DNA of 64,000 bases from an uncultured Chloroflexia bacterium (GCA_963766735.1 CAVYBU010000004.1:160001-224000); one strand, 5' to 3'; counted from the stretch's first letter, positions 41,292 through 55,044 are shown. The notes: generated by a model not told the origin, from the letters alone. Numbers and translations are program-made.

Positions 41292-43562
41292 TCAGCCGGG
41301 CTTGGTCTCGGACTCGGCGGCCTCGACGGCTTCGGCGATGGCCTCGGCCTCGATGACCTCCTCGGCCTCGATGACGACCTCGGCCTCGACGGCTTCGGCG
41401 ATGGCCTCGGCCTCGATGACCTCCTCGGCCTCGATGACGACCTCGGCCTCGACGGCTTCGGCGATGGCTTCGGCCTCGATGACCTCCTCGGCCTCGATGA
41501 CGACCTCGGCCTCGACGGCTTCGATCACCGCATCGGCCTGGGCGTCCTGGGCGGCCTCGATGACGACCTCGGCCTCGACGGCTTCGGCAATGGCTTCGAC
41601 CTTGTCGGCCTCTGCGGCCTCGATCAGGGCCTCGGCCTCGACGGCATCCTCGACGCCGCCTGCAGCGACCGCATCGATGACTTCGTCGTCCACGATGACC
41701 CGGGCGACGGCGTCAGCCTGGGCGTCCTCGGCGGCTTCGATGACCTCCTCGGCCTCGATGGCTTCGGCAATGGCCTCGGCCTCGATGACCTCCTCGGCCT
41801 CGATGACGATCTCGGCCTCGACGGCCTCGGCAATGGCTTCGGCCTCGACGGCTTCGGCGGCCTCGATGACCTCCTCGGCCTCGATGACCTCGATCACTGC
41901 GTCAGCCTGGGCGTCCTCGGCGGCCTCGATGACCTCCTCGGCCTCGACGGCCTCGGCAACGGCGTCTGCGACGGCGTCGGCATTCGCGGGAGCCGGCGTG
42001 CCCGCTGCCTCCGCCGCGGCCAACTGGTCGCGGACGAGGGCGAACTTCGCGGCGAGGGTCGTGTCGATCCCGCCTTCCGGCTCCGACTGGGCGTCAGACG
42101 GCGAGTAGCTGCGATCCGGCCGCTCGCGTCGCTCGCGTCGCTCGCGTCGCTCCCCACCACCGACCGCGCTGGCACCCGTGGCAGCCGGCTGGCTGCCGGG
42201 CTCCGGCATCGAGCGAACCGGCGGCTCCTCGGCCTGCTTGAGGCTGAGTCCCAGGCGGTGCCGCTCGGAGTCCAGGCTGATGATCTTGAGCTTGAGGACC
42301 TGGCCCTCGTGGACGACGTCGCCCGGGTGAGCCACGCGCTGGTGCGACAGCTCGCTGATGTGGATCAGGCCCTCGAGGCCCTCGCGGACCCGGACGAAGG
42401 CGCCGAAGTTCACGAGCTTGGTGACCGTGCCGTCGATGACGTCGCCGACCTTGAAGTCCGCGACGGTCGACTCCCACGGATCGGGCTGCAGGCGGCGGAT
42501 CGAAAGGCTGATCCGGCCCCGCTCGTGGTTGATGTCGATGACCTCGGCCTCAACCTCTTCACCGACCTTGTAGCCGGACTCGGGGTTGTTGACCTTGTTC
42601 CACGAGAGCTCGCTCTTGTGGACGAGGCCGTCGATCCCACCGAGGTCGATGAAGATTCCGAAGGGTGCGATCGAGCGCACGCTGCCGGTGACCTTCTGGC
42701 CGACCTGGAGGCTGCTGAACAGCTCGTCCCGCTTCTCGCGACGCTCCTCGTAGAGAGCCACCTTCTCGGACAGGATGAGCCGGTTGGCCTTGCGGTTCAC
42801 CTCGAGGATCTTGAGCCGCAGCTTGCGGCCGACGTACGGCTGCAGCTTCTCGGCGATCTCCTGCGCGGCATCGCGGGGCTGCTCGTTCTGCGGCCGACGG
42901 GGGAAGTCCACGATCTGGCTGATCGGTACGAAGCCACGGATCCCGCAGTCGACGATCAGGCCGCCCTTGTTGTGGTCGATGACCGGGGCATCGATGATCG
43001 TGCCCACCTCGAACTGCTCCTGCATCGCGCGCCACTTGCGCTCGAGTCCGGCGCGGCGGAGCGAGAGGACAACGTGGCCCTCGGGCGATTCCGGCTGGAG
43101 GACGTACACCAGGACCACGTCGCCGATGGCGAGCTCAGGCTGCGACTCCGCGTTGCGTCCGTACAGCTCGCGGTTGCTGACCACGCCCTCGGACTTGGCA
43201 CCGATATCGACCAGCATCTCGTCCTTGTCGATGCGGACGATGGATCCTTCGACGACGTCGCCGTGCTTGAAGCTCTTGATGTCCGAGTCCTGCTCCGCGA
43301 GGAGCTCCTCCATGGTGGTCGGCTCGGGGCCGGTCCTGCGCACGGGGGGTGCGGGCACCTCGTCCTCGGGGTCCTCCTCCGCGGCGGGCGGCGCGGAGGC
43401 TGCCTCGTCGTCGGCGGGGACTTCGGGTTCGGGGCTGGTCTCGGTGATGGCGGGCTCGTCGGCGGCGGCGGTGGCCTCGACGGTCTCTTCGGACGCCGGG
43501 GCGTCGACAGAGGCTGCGGCCTCCGGCGCCGGCGCGGTCCCGCCCTGCTGCTCTTCGGTCAA
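41292..43562 (-). CDS. rpsA: 30S ribosomal protein S1 (four S1 domains) with long acidic N- and C-terminal extensions
   Basis: VDIGAKSEG, NKGGLIVD, FGIFIDLGGIDGLVHKSELSW, FGAFVRVREGLEGLIHISEL. Confidence 0.93.
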   Translation of the reverse strand: MTEEQQGGTAPAPEAAASVDAPASEETVEATAAADEPAITETSPEPEVPADDEAASAPPAAEEDPEDEVPAPPVRRTGPEPTTMEELLAEQDSDIKSFKHGDVVEGSIVRIDKDEMLVDIGAKSEGVVSNRELYGRNAESQPELAIGDVVLVYVLQPESPEGHVVLSLRRAGLERKWRAMQEQFEVGTIIDAPVIDHNKGGLIVDCGIRGFVPISQIVDFPRRPQNEQPRDAAQEIAEKLQPYVGRKLRLKILEVNRKANRLILSEKVALYEERREKRDELFSSLQVGQKVTGSVRSIAPFGIFIDLGGIDGLVHKSELSWNKVNNPESGYKVGEEVEAEVIDINHERGRISLSIRRLQPDPWESTVADFKVGDVIDGTVTKLVNFGAFVRVREGLEGLIHISELSHQRVAHPGDVVHEGQVLKLKIISLDSERHRLGLSLKQAEEPPVRSMPEPGSQPAATGASAVGGGERRERRERRERPDRSYSPSDAQSEPEGGIDTTLAAKFALVRDQLAAAEAAGTPAPANADAVADAVAEAVEAEEVIEAAEDAQADAVIEVIEAEEVIEAAEAVEAEAIAEAVEAEIVIEAEEVIEAEAIAEAIEAEEVIEAAEDAQADAVARVIVDDEVIDAVAAGGVEDAVEAEALIEAAEADKVEAIAEAVEAEVVIEAAQDAQADAVIEAVEAEVVIEAEEVIEAEAIAEAVEAEVVIEAEEVIEAEAIAEAVEAEVVIEAEEVIEAEAIAEAVEAAESETKPG
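41321..41960. repeat. 63-bp tandem repeat (three near-identical copies 41321-41509, degenerate copies beyond) encoding EVVIEAEEVIEAEAIAEAVEA
   Basis: Copies at 41321-41383, 41384-41446 (identical) and 41447-41509 (one mismatch). Confidence 0.92.
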
Positions 43563-43741
43563 GGTGATCCTGTCTCCTATGGTGGATTCGGCCCTCAGGA
43601 ATCACGAACGGCCGCCGAGTCACGCCCGGGGCCGCCTGGGGGAGGGAGATGGATCGTTGGTGACGTTGGCCGGCGGTCCGCTCCTTCGCTCACGAAACCT
43701 GAGACGTGCTCTTCAACTGTCCGTGCCCGTGGGGCCGCGTG

Positions 43742-43771
43742 AGTCTAGCACGGGGATTCCGCCGGTACAAT
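43742..43771. promoter_or_regulatory. back-to-back promoters for rpsA (minus) and the Fpg/Nei gene (plus)
   Basis: TGcTAGACT on minus (43742-43750); TACAAT on plus (43766-43771), 8 nt before GTG. Confidence 0.5.
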
Positions 43772-43779
43772 CGCAACCC

Positions 43780-44658
43780 GTGCCCGAGTTGCCCGATCTC
43801 GACGTCGTTGCCGATGCCATTCACGCGGCCCTTGCGGGCCGGCTGGTCTCCGGCGCACGAGCCCTGAAGCCCCTTGCCATCCGGGGAACGCCCGCCGAGC
43901 TGGCCGCCCTCGAGGGTCAACGTGTCCTGCGAGTGAGGCGCACCGGCAAGTTCCTCGACCTGACGTTCGATCGGGATCGCGTGGTCGTGAACCCCATGCT
44001 GACCGGTCGATTCCAGCTCGCCGGACGGGGAGAGAAGGCGCCATCGGGCGTCGCGGTGGAGCTCGAGTTCACTCCCAGAGAGGGCGGCTGTCCCGCGGAT
44101 GCGGCGGCCTGGACCGCGGGCGCCGCGTGGATGCCGCCCGACGGCAACGCCGTCCTGATCCGCTACCGCGACCCGACCCAGATGGGCAAGGTCTACCTGC
44201 TGCCCGCGGGCGTGGAGCGGCCAGTGCCTGGCCGGGAACCGGGCCAGATGGGCCCCGACGCGCTCGATCCCGCCCTGACGCTCGAGATCTTCCGGGAGCG
44301 GATCCGCCGTCATCCCGGCGAGCTCAAGAACCTTCTCCGCAACCAGGCGTTCGTGGCGGGCATCGGAAACGCGTACTCCGACGAGATCCTGTTCGCGGCG
44401 CGGCTCCGGCCGTTCCGCAAGCGGTCGACGCTCGCCGCAGAGGAGATCGGCGACCTGTACGCGGCGATGCGGTCCACGCTGGAGTCGTCCCTGCTCCTGC
44501 TCAGGGACCGCGTGCCCCCGACGTTCGAGAAGCAGGTCCGCGATCACCTGGCCGTCCACAACCGTGGCGGTGAACCCTGCCCGCGGTGCGGGTCGACGAT
44601 CACGTCCGTGACGGCGGGCGGGTTCCCGACGGGGTATTGCCGGTCCTGCCAGCGCTGA
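43780..44658 (+). CDS. Fpg/Nei family DNA glycosylase
   Basis: GTG then PELPD; RTGKFL; H2TH AGIGNAYSDEILF; C-terminal CPRC..CRSC finger. Confidence 0.92.
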   Translation: MPELPDLDVVADAIHAALAGRLVSGARALKPLAIRGTPAELAALEGQRVLRVRRTGKFLDLTFDRDRVVVNPMLTGRFQLAGRGEKAPSGVAVELEFTPREGGCPADAAAWTAGAAWMPPDGNAVLIRYRDPTQMGKVYLLPAGVERPVPGREPGQMGPDALDPALTLEIFRERIRRHPGELKNLLRNQAFVAGIGNAYSDEILFAARLRPFRKRSTLAAEEIGDLYAAMRSTLESSLLLLRDRVPPTFEKQVRDHLAVHNRGGEPCPRCGSTITSVTAGGFPTGYCRSCQR

Positions 44659-44686
44659 TCGATCACCTTCCAGCGCTGATCGATCA
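44649..44686. repeat. 17-bp direct repeat CCAGCGCTGATCGATCA x2 between convergent genes
   Basis: 44649-44665 and 44670-44686; each copy holds the palindrome TGATCGATCA. Confidence 0.85.
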
Positions 44687-45532
44687 GGGGATGACCAGCA
44701 CCTGGCCAACCCTGATGAGCCTCGTGTCCGTGATGCCGTTTGCCTTTGCGATGGCCGTGACGGTGACGCCAAACCGCGCGGCGATGCTGCTCAGCGTGTC
44801 GCCGGACTTGACGGTGTAGCGCCGGACGGTCGACGCGCCCGGCGTCGGGCTCGGCCCGCCCGTCGCGCTCGCGGACGGCGGCGGCTGGGACGCAGGCGCC
44901 GGAGATTCGCTGGGCACCGCGGTGGGTGTCGCGGATGGTGATCCGCTGGCCACTGCGGAGGGAACGGCCGACGGCGTGGGACTTGATGATGGGCCGACGC
45001 CGATCACGCTGGACGCACCAGGGGATGAAGGCCCTGCCTGCGAGGGCCCGGAGGTCCGGGCGATCACCAGGACCAGGAAGGCGAGAACCATCAGGCCGAT
45101 GAGCAGCGCCTGGCCGCCCGTCCGCCCCGGCGCCAGGGGCAGTGCTCCCGTGCGACCGCGAGACGGCTCCAGGGCGAGGGGTATCGATCGGACGGCGGGC
45201 CACAGCAGCGACCCGGCCGCCCCGGGTTCGGGCCATACCGGATACCCGTCCGCCTTCGGCCCCGCGTGAGCAGCCATGTAGGTCGTGCAGCTCGCATGCT
45301 CCGAGGTGAGACACAGCTCCCGCTGCTTCCCGAGCGTGAGCGGCGCCGGCGGCCTGACCGCCCAGCAACGATGATCCCTGGATGCGTAGGCGCTCCGCCA
45401 CGCCGCATCGTCTGACACCAGCAGCGGACAGACGGCCATGACGGCGTCTGCGTCACGACGTCTCGTGGCCCTCGCGGCAGCCGGCGGCGATGCTGCTGGC
45501 TGCACCTGCGGCGCGTCTCCGGGATCGTTCAT
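44684..45532 (-). CDS. membrane protein: Cys/His motif, TM helix, Ser/Pro/Thr linker, C-terminal LysM
   Basis: YTVKSGDTLSSIAARFGVT..IAKANGI..LIRVGQVLVIP; TM LLIGLMVLAFLVLVIA. Confidence 0.88.
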   Translation of the reverse strand: MNDPGDAPQVQPAASPPAAARATRRRDADAVMAVCPLLVSDDAAWRSAYASRDHRCWAVRPPAPLTLGKQRELCLTSEHASCTTYMAAHAGPKADGYPVWPEPGAAGSLLWPAVRSIPLALEPSRGRTGALPLAPGRTGGQALLIGLMVLAFLVLVIARTSGPSQAGPSSPGASSVIGVGPSSSPTPSAVPSAVASGSPSATPTAVPSESPAPASQPPPSASATGGPSPTPGASTVRRYTVKSGDTLSSIAARFGVTVTAIAKANGITDTRLIRVGQVLVIP

Positions 45533-45594
45533 CCAAACGAGGATACCGCGCGTGCCGGGCGGGCCAGACCAGATGCGGCCCTTAAATGCAACAA

Positions 45595-45712
<118 letters not shown>

Positions 45713-45841
45713 TCGTATGCATCTGGTAGGTGACGGCAGCGGCCTTCGTCGATGCGACGAGGGCGCCAGTCGAAGGATCACGATTTGCCATTGGAGAACC
45801 GATCTCCCGGCACGCTGACCCCTGGTCAGGTGCTGGTATAG

Positions 45842-48899
<3,058 letters not shown>

Positions 48900-49040
48900 T
48901 CCGCCAGCATCTGACCAGGTGGTCAGTGCGGGACGGGATCAGATCGGGGTTCTCCTTGATTTCACGGCGAAATCATGATCCATAGACGCGCCGATCAGTC
49001 GATCGACGGCCTTTGACCTTCTTTACTGCCGTCATCTATC

Positions 49041-49056
49041 CAGTTGTTAAGGTGCA
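49041..49056 (-). promoter_or_regulatory. boxA-like antitermination element before 23S
   Basis: TGCACCTTAACAACTG, identical to 51298-51313. Confidence 0.7.
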
Positions 49057-49320
49057 CCGCCGAGGCGGTTCTCGACGCCGGAGCCAGGCTCCCTTGTCGT
49101 TCCAGCGTTCCGCTGGTCGGTGAGCTCCCGGTGGAGCACACGGATCAGGGGATCGTTTCTGTATCGGACGCGTGACGACGGTTCGAGGACCAGCCTGCGA
49201 ACCGTCGGTGAGTTATCGCCTGGGTTGGGACCCGCGAGGGCCGTTCCCGGGGTTATCCCGGTCTATTCAATTGAGTGAGCCAGTCGGACGAGGTCTGTCA
49301 GGAACCTCCGCCGACAAGGT

Positions 49321-49396
49321 TGGTGGAGACGAGGAGACTCGAACTCCTGACCCTCTCCTTGCAAAGGAGATGCTCTGCCAGCTGAGCTACGTCCCC
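49321..49396 (-). tRNA. tRNA-Ala(TGC)
   Basis: GGGGACGTAGCTCAG..TTTGCAA..CTCCACCA in ITS. Confidence 0.96.
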
Positions 49397-49420
49397 GAAA
49401 CCTGTGAGGTCTGCGGGAAG

Positions 49421-49497
49421 TGGTGGGCGCACCTGGACTCGAACCAGGGACCTCGGCCTTATCAGGGCCGCGCTCTAACCAACTGAGCTATGCGCCC
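49421..49497 (-). tRNA. tRNA-Ile(GAT)
   Basis: GGGCGCATAGCTCAG..CTGATAA..CCCACCA in ITS. Confidence 0.96.
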
Positions 49498-49726
49498 TGA
49501 CGTGCCGGCCTTGCCGGTCAGGCAGGGCCGCCGCACCGTAACCCTTGAAGAGTGGTAGGAACAGGGCCGTTGGATCGTGCCCGGTACGGTGTCTCGCCAA
49601 GTCGCTGATCGATCTCCGGCTTGCACCGGCACACCCCACTTGGCTGGAGATGTGAACGATCGGGCGATCAACCTGGGAGCCATCAACGCCAGGACCTCAC
49701 CGTAATGGTCCTGACTCGGATCTCCC

Positions 49727-51218
<1,492 letters not shown>

Positions 51219-51297
51219 GAAAACTCGATCTTGCGATCGAGTCAAATCTCAAGAGCTGATCCAGGCACGTTCTCGTGCTGAAGTTCCTACCACTCTT

Positions 51298-51313
51298 CAG
51301 TTGTTAAGGTGCA
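51298..51313 (-). promoter_or_regulatory. boxA-like element in rrn leader
   Basis: TGCACCTTAACAACTG, repeated in the ITS. Confidence 0.7.
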
Positions 51314-51349
51314 GCGCCCGGCCTTGACCGCCCGGAGCGCGGACTGCCT

Positions 51350-51378
51350 AGTGTGCCGCAGTTCGCCCCCGGTGTCAA
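51350..51378 (-). promoter_or_regulatory. rrn promoter P2
   Basis: TTGACA-N17-CACACT. Confidence 0.6.
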
Positions 51379-51450
51379 ACGGGGTTCGGGAGGTCTCCGC
51401 CGCTGTGGCGGAGGGCCATGTCGCCTCGAGTTGGTGAGGCGCGAGGACGG

Positions 51451-51479
51451 ATGGTATGGCGGGTTTCTGGGCCTGTCAA
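51451..51479 (-). promoter_or_regulatory. rrn promoter P1
   Basis: TTGACA-N17-TACCAT. Confidence 0.7.
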
Positions 51480-51553
51480 ACACCCTTGCGCAGGGGTTCC
51501 GGCGTCCCTCCCGGGCAGTCTCCCACGGGTACCGTCCGAGCACGGCGGGTGGG

Positions 51554-51739
51554 TCAGATGGGGCTCTCCTGGACCACGAGAATGAACGCAGCGCCGCTCA
51601 CCCAGCAGAGCAGGCCGAGGGTCGCGGAAGGCTCGGCCCCGAGGAGGCCCACGCACACCACCCAGGCGACCAGCCCGAGGACCGCGGCGGCCACTGCCTT
51701 GGCCAGCCGCAGCAGGATCTCGAACACGAGCTCGCGCAT
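51554..51739 (-). CDS. small two-TM hypothetical protein
   Basis: 61 aa, two hydrophobic segments, ATG overlaps recR stop (TGATG). Confidence 0.7.
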   Translation of the reverse strand: MRELVFEILLRLAKAVAAAVLGLVAWVVCVGLLGAEPSATLGLLCWVSGAAFILVVQESPI

Positions 51740-52356
51740 CAGAGCGCCCGCCGGCCCTGGAGGGCCCGGATCAGGGTGACGTCGTCGGCGTACTCCAGGT
51801 CGCCACCCACGGGCAGACCGCGTGCGATGCGCGTGACGGAGCCCACCTTGCCCTCCAGTCGCTCCCCGAGGTACATAGCCGTGGCCTCGCCCTCGAGGGT
51901 GGGGTTGGTGGCCACGATGACCTCCTCGATGCGGTGCCCCTCCGCTGCGGCCTCATCAACCCGCTCCAGCAACTCGCGGATCCTCAGGCGATCGGGGCCG
52001 ATCCCGTCGATGGGGCTTATGGCGCCGTGCAAGACGTGGTAGCGACCGCGGAACTCCCCGGTCCGATCGATGGCGAGCACGTCGAGCGGCTCCTCCACGA
52101 CACACAGCTTCCCGGTGTCGCGGGCGGGATCCCGGCAGATGGGGCATTGCGGCGCGTCGCTGATGTTGAAGCAGCGGTCGCAGAACACGACCTCGTCCCG
52201 GACGGCCACGAGCGCGCGCGCGAGGGCACGCGCTTCCGCGTCGGGCGCGCGCAGCAGATGGTACGTGAGGCGCTGCGCTGTCTTGGGGCCGATTCCGGGC
52301 AGGCGCGCGAACGCCTCGATCAGGCGGGCGACGGGCTCGATGACGGCGCCGGCCAC
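51739..52356 (-). CDS. recR: recombination mediator RecR
   Basis: LPGIGPKTAQRL, C4 finger, YHVLHG, ATNPTLEGEATA. Confidence 0.97.
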   Translation of the reverse strand: MAGAVIEPVARLIEAFARLPGIGPKTAQRLTYHLLRAPDAEARALARALVAVRDEVVFCDRCFNISDAPQCPICRDPARDTGKLCVVEEPLDVLAIDRTGEFRGRYHVLHGAISPIDGIGPDRLRIRELLERVDEAAAEGHRIEEVIVATNPTLEGEATAMYLGERLEGKVGSVTRIARGLPVGGDLEYADDVTLIRALQGRRAL

Positions 52357-52366
52357 GGTCCCTCCG

Positions 52367-52675
52367 TCAGCCGAGTCCGGGGATGCGGAGTCCCGCGGTT
52401 ACCGCACCCATCTTCTGCTCGGCAAGCTCCCTCGACGAGCGCAGCGCGTCGTTGACGGCCGTCATGACCAGGTCCTGGAGCATGTCGACGTCATCCGGGT
52501 CCACGGCGGACGGGTCGATCACGAGGCCGATGAGGTCCTGCTTGCCCGTGACGGTCGCTCGAACTGCGCCCCCACCGGCCGAGCCTTCGATCGTCATCGT
52601 CTCGAGCTCGGCCTGGACGCGCGCCATCTCCTGCTGCATCTGCATCGCCATTCGCTGCAGGTTGCCCATGCCCAT
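52367..52675 (-). CDS. ybaB: YbaB/EbfC nucleoid-associated protein
   Basis: MQQEM..GSAGGGAV..DPDDVDMLQDLV..AVNDA; dnaX-recR synteny. Confidence 0.95.
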   Translation of the reverse strand: MGMGNLQRMAMQMQQEMARVQAELETMTIEGSAGGGAVRATVTGKQDLIGLVIDPSAVDPDDVDMLQDLVMTAVNDALRSSRELAEQKMGAVTAGLRIPGLG

Positions 52676-52778
52676 GCGTCTTGATCCTCCGGTTGGTGAC
52701 GTGGTTGTGAGGAGCGTCTGCTGTCAAGTCTGGCCGATGCGCGCCTCCGGTGCACGACACCCGCCCGACCGACGCCGA

Positions 52779-54449
52779 TCAGGTGACCTCGGGGGTGTCC
52801 GCCAGGTCCTCCGCGAAGATCCGGTGCGCCTCGGCCAGGATGTGCGCTGCGTCGGCATCGGCCGGGAGCGGTGGGATGAGGTCCAGATTCGTGGCAACGC
52901 AGCGGACGCCAACCGAGTGGTCCAGGAATGAGCTGAAGGCCTGCTCGAGGATGGGGCGGCGGCGCTCCGCGACGTCCTTCAGGAACGCCTTCTCCTCCGG
53001 GAAGCCGAGGGTGACGACATTGCCCTCAACGCCGATCGGCCGGCAGTCGATGATCAACGGCTTGACGGCCCGATTGAGATCGGTGATCTGTTCCACGAGG
53101 CGCACCCAGCCATGACGGAGGCGCTCAAGGTCGTCGGTGGGCACGCCGCCGGTACCAGGGACGGGGACGGGGACGGCGAGATCCGGATCCGGGTCCGGGG
53201 CGTGGTCGGGGGCGGGGACGGGGACGGACGTTTCCTCGACCTCGAGCACGGGCGCTGAATCGTCCGGTGCGTCCGGGGCTGGTGGTTCCGGGGGGGGCGG
53301 GGCCACCCTCGGCACAGGCCCCGGATCCCCGACGAAGTCCGTCCGGGCGGTGTCTGCGTGCGCGGGCGGTGCCGGAACGGTGTCTGCGTGCAAGGACGGT
53401 GCCGGGACCCGGGCGGTGGCCGGCTCGAGTAGCACCAGCTCCAGCTGGAGGCGCAGCCCGCCGGCACCGAGGCGCGTCGGATCGATGGACGAGAGCCGGC
53501 GTGCGGCCGCGGCGAGGACGGGCTCCACTGGCTCGCCCGCCGCGAGGCCGGCGACCAGGCGCTCGCGGAGGGCGTCCACGATCTGGTCCAGGAAGATGCG
53601 CAGGTCTCGGCCGCGCTCCTCCAGCTGATCCAGCAACGCGATGCCGGCGGCGGCGTCTCCGCTCGCGTAGGCGATGATGAACCGGCTCACCTGCTCGGAC
53701 TCGGCGAGGCCGAGCAGGTCCCGGACGGCATCCGCCTCGATCCTGCCGTCGGTGGATGACAGGAGCTGGTCGAGGATCGATTCGGCGTCCCGCATCCCGC
53801 CCGCGGCAAGGCGCGCGATGAGGCGCACGGCGTCCGGATCCACGTCGCGCCCGTCGGCCGCCAGAATCCGCTCCAGCTTGCCTCCGATCTCCACCATCGT
53901 GAGCCGCCGGATGTCGAACCGCTGGAGCCGCGACAGGATCGCCGGCGGGAAGTCCTGCGGGTGCGTTGACGCGAACATGAAGACGACGAACTCGGGTGGC
54001 TCCTCGAGCGACTTGAGCAGCGCGTTCCAGGCGTCCTTGGTGATCTGGTGGGCTTCGTCCAGGATGTAGACCTTGCGGGCGAGATCCTGTGGCGCGTACG
54101 CGAGGCGGTCCCGAAGATCGCGCACCGCGTCGATGCCGCGATTGGAGGCGGCATCGATCTCGACCAGGTCCAGCGCACGGCCCTCGCGGATGGCGATGCA
54201 CGGCTCGCAGGCATCGCAGGGGTCCGCGTTGGCACCCAGGTTCCGGCAGTTGAGCGCTTTGGCCAGGATCCTTGCCAGCGACGTCTTGCCGGTGCCGCGG
54301 GGCCCGGTGAACAGGATGGCGTGCGACACGCGCCCGGTGAGGACGGCGTTGCGCAGCGTTGCAACGACCGCCTCCTGCCCGACGATCTCCGAGAACGTCT
54401 GGGCTCGCCAGCGACGGTAGAGGGCCTGGTGGGGAGTCCCTGCGGTCAA
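52779..54449 (-). CDS. dnaX: DNA polymerase III subunit gamma/tau
   Basis: ALYRRWR, GPRGTGKTS, EIDAASN, LDEAH; probable TTG start at 54449 (the track's 54497 start lies inside the SRP RNA). Confidence 0.95.
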   Translation of the reverse strand: MTAGTPHQALYRRWRAQTFSEIVGQEAVVATLRNAVLTGRVSHAILFTGPRGTGKTSLARILAKALNCRNLGANADPCDACEPCIAIREGRALDLVEIDAASNRGIDAVRDLRDRLAYAPQDLARKVYILDEAHQITKDAWNALLKSLEEPPEFVVFMFASTHPQDFPPAILSRLQRFDIRRLTMVEIGGKLERILAADGRDVDPDAVRLIARLAAGGMRDAESILDQLLSSTDGRIEADAVRDLLGLAESEQVSRFIIAYASGDAAAGIALLDQLEERGRDLRIFLDQIVDALRERLVAGLAAGEPVEPVLAAAARRLSSIDPTRLGAGGLRLQLELVLLEPATARVPAPSLHADTVPAPPAHADTARTDFVGDPGPVPRVAPPPPEPPAPDAPDDSAPVLEVEETSVPVPAPDHAPDPDPDLAVPVPVPGTGGVPTDDLERLRHGWVRLVEQITDLNRAVKPLIIDCRPIGVEGNVVTLGFPEEKAFLKDVAERRRPILEQAFSSFLDHSVGVRCVATNLDLIPPLPADADAAHILAEAHRIFAEDLADTPEVT

Positions 54450-54486
54450 CGACGCTCCTGTGGCGGGCGTGGCGAAGCAAGACGAA

Positions 54487-54756
54487 GTGCCGTGCACCCC
54501 CCGTCGATCCGGACGCTCCCGCGCCCACCGACGTCTGCGACTCGGACCAGGCCGTTCCGCGGCACCCGGCGATCACCGCTGAGTGCTGCTTCCTTCCGGA
54601 CCTGACACGGTTCACGAGTCGCCGCTGCGCGGGACCCGGTCCTCAGCGTCACAAACGTCGTCGGCTCTCGAGAACACCGACCTCGGGGAGGAATTCAGCC
54701 CTGCTGGAGCGGATTGCAGGTACAGGGCACCGCTAGTTCCCCGCCTAGCACGGCAC
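54487..54756 (-). ncRNA. ffs: large (Alu-containing) bacterial SRP RNA
   Basis: GAACCGTGTCAGGTCCGGAAGGAAGCAGCAC helix 8; 5' GCCGTGCTAGGCGGGGAACTAGCGGTGCCCTGTACCTGCAATCCGC Alu-like domain; GTGCCGTGC/GCACGGCAC ends; upstream of dnaX. Confidence 0.9.
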
Positions 54757-54816
54757 CGGGGATGATAGCAGCGGCCGGGCCAGCGGCCGGCGCGGGCCAG
54801 TGGCCGGTGAAGGGGC

Positions 54817-54904
54817 TGGCGGAGAGGGCGGGATTCGAACCCGCGATGGGTTGCCCCATACCGCATTTCCAGTGCGGCGCCCTAGGCCTCTAGGCGACCT
54901 CTCC
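54817..54904 (-). tRNA. tRNA-Ser(GGA)
   Basis: 88 nt with long variable arm, loop CT-GGA-AA. Confidence 0.95.
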
Positions 54905-54958
54905 GCGGAAAAGATACGGCCCGGCGGACCATTGCGCCGGGCCGTGCCGTTATGCAGG

Positions 54959-55044
<86 letters not shown>

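Noticed and set aside
41302-42108. Ser/Ala/Met/Thr-rich and Asp/Gly/Leu-rich ORFs; possible CRISPR-like array
   Set aside because: Opposite-strand readings of the S1 tail repeat; units are contiguous, in frame, with no unique spacers and no cas genes
42775-43779. N-terminal extension of the Fpg/Nei ORF (627 aa)
   Set aside because: Antisense to rpsA; Fpg/Nei needs an N-terminal Pro, given by GTG at 43780
53140-53420. Programmed frameshift or repeat element in dnaX
   Set aside because: No A6G slippery site; the G run and short repeats just encode the Pro-rich linker
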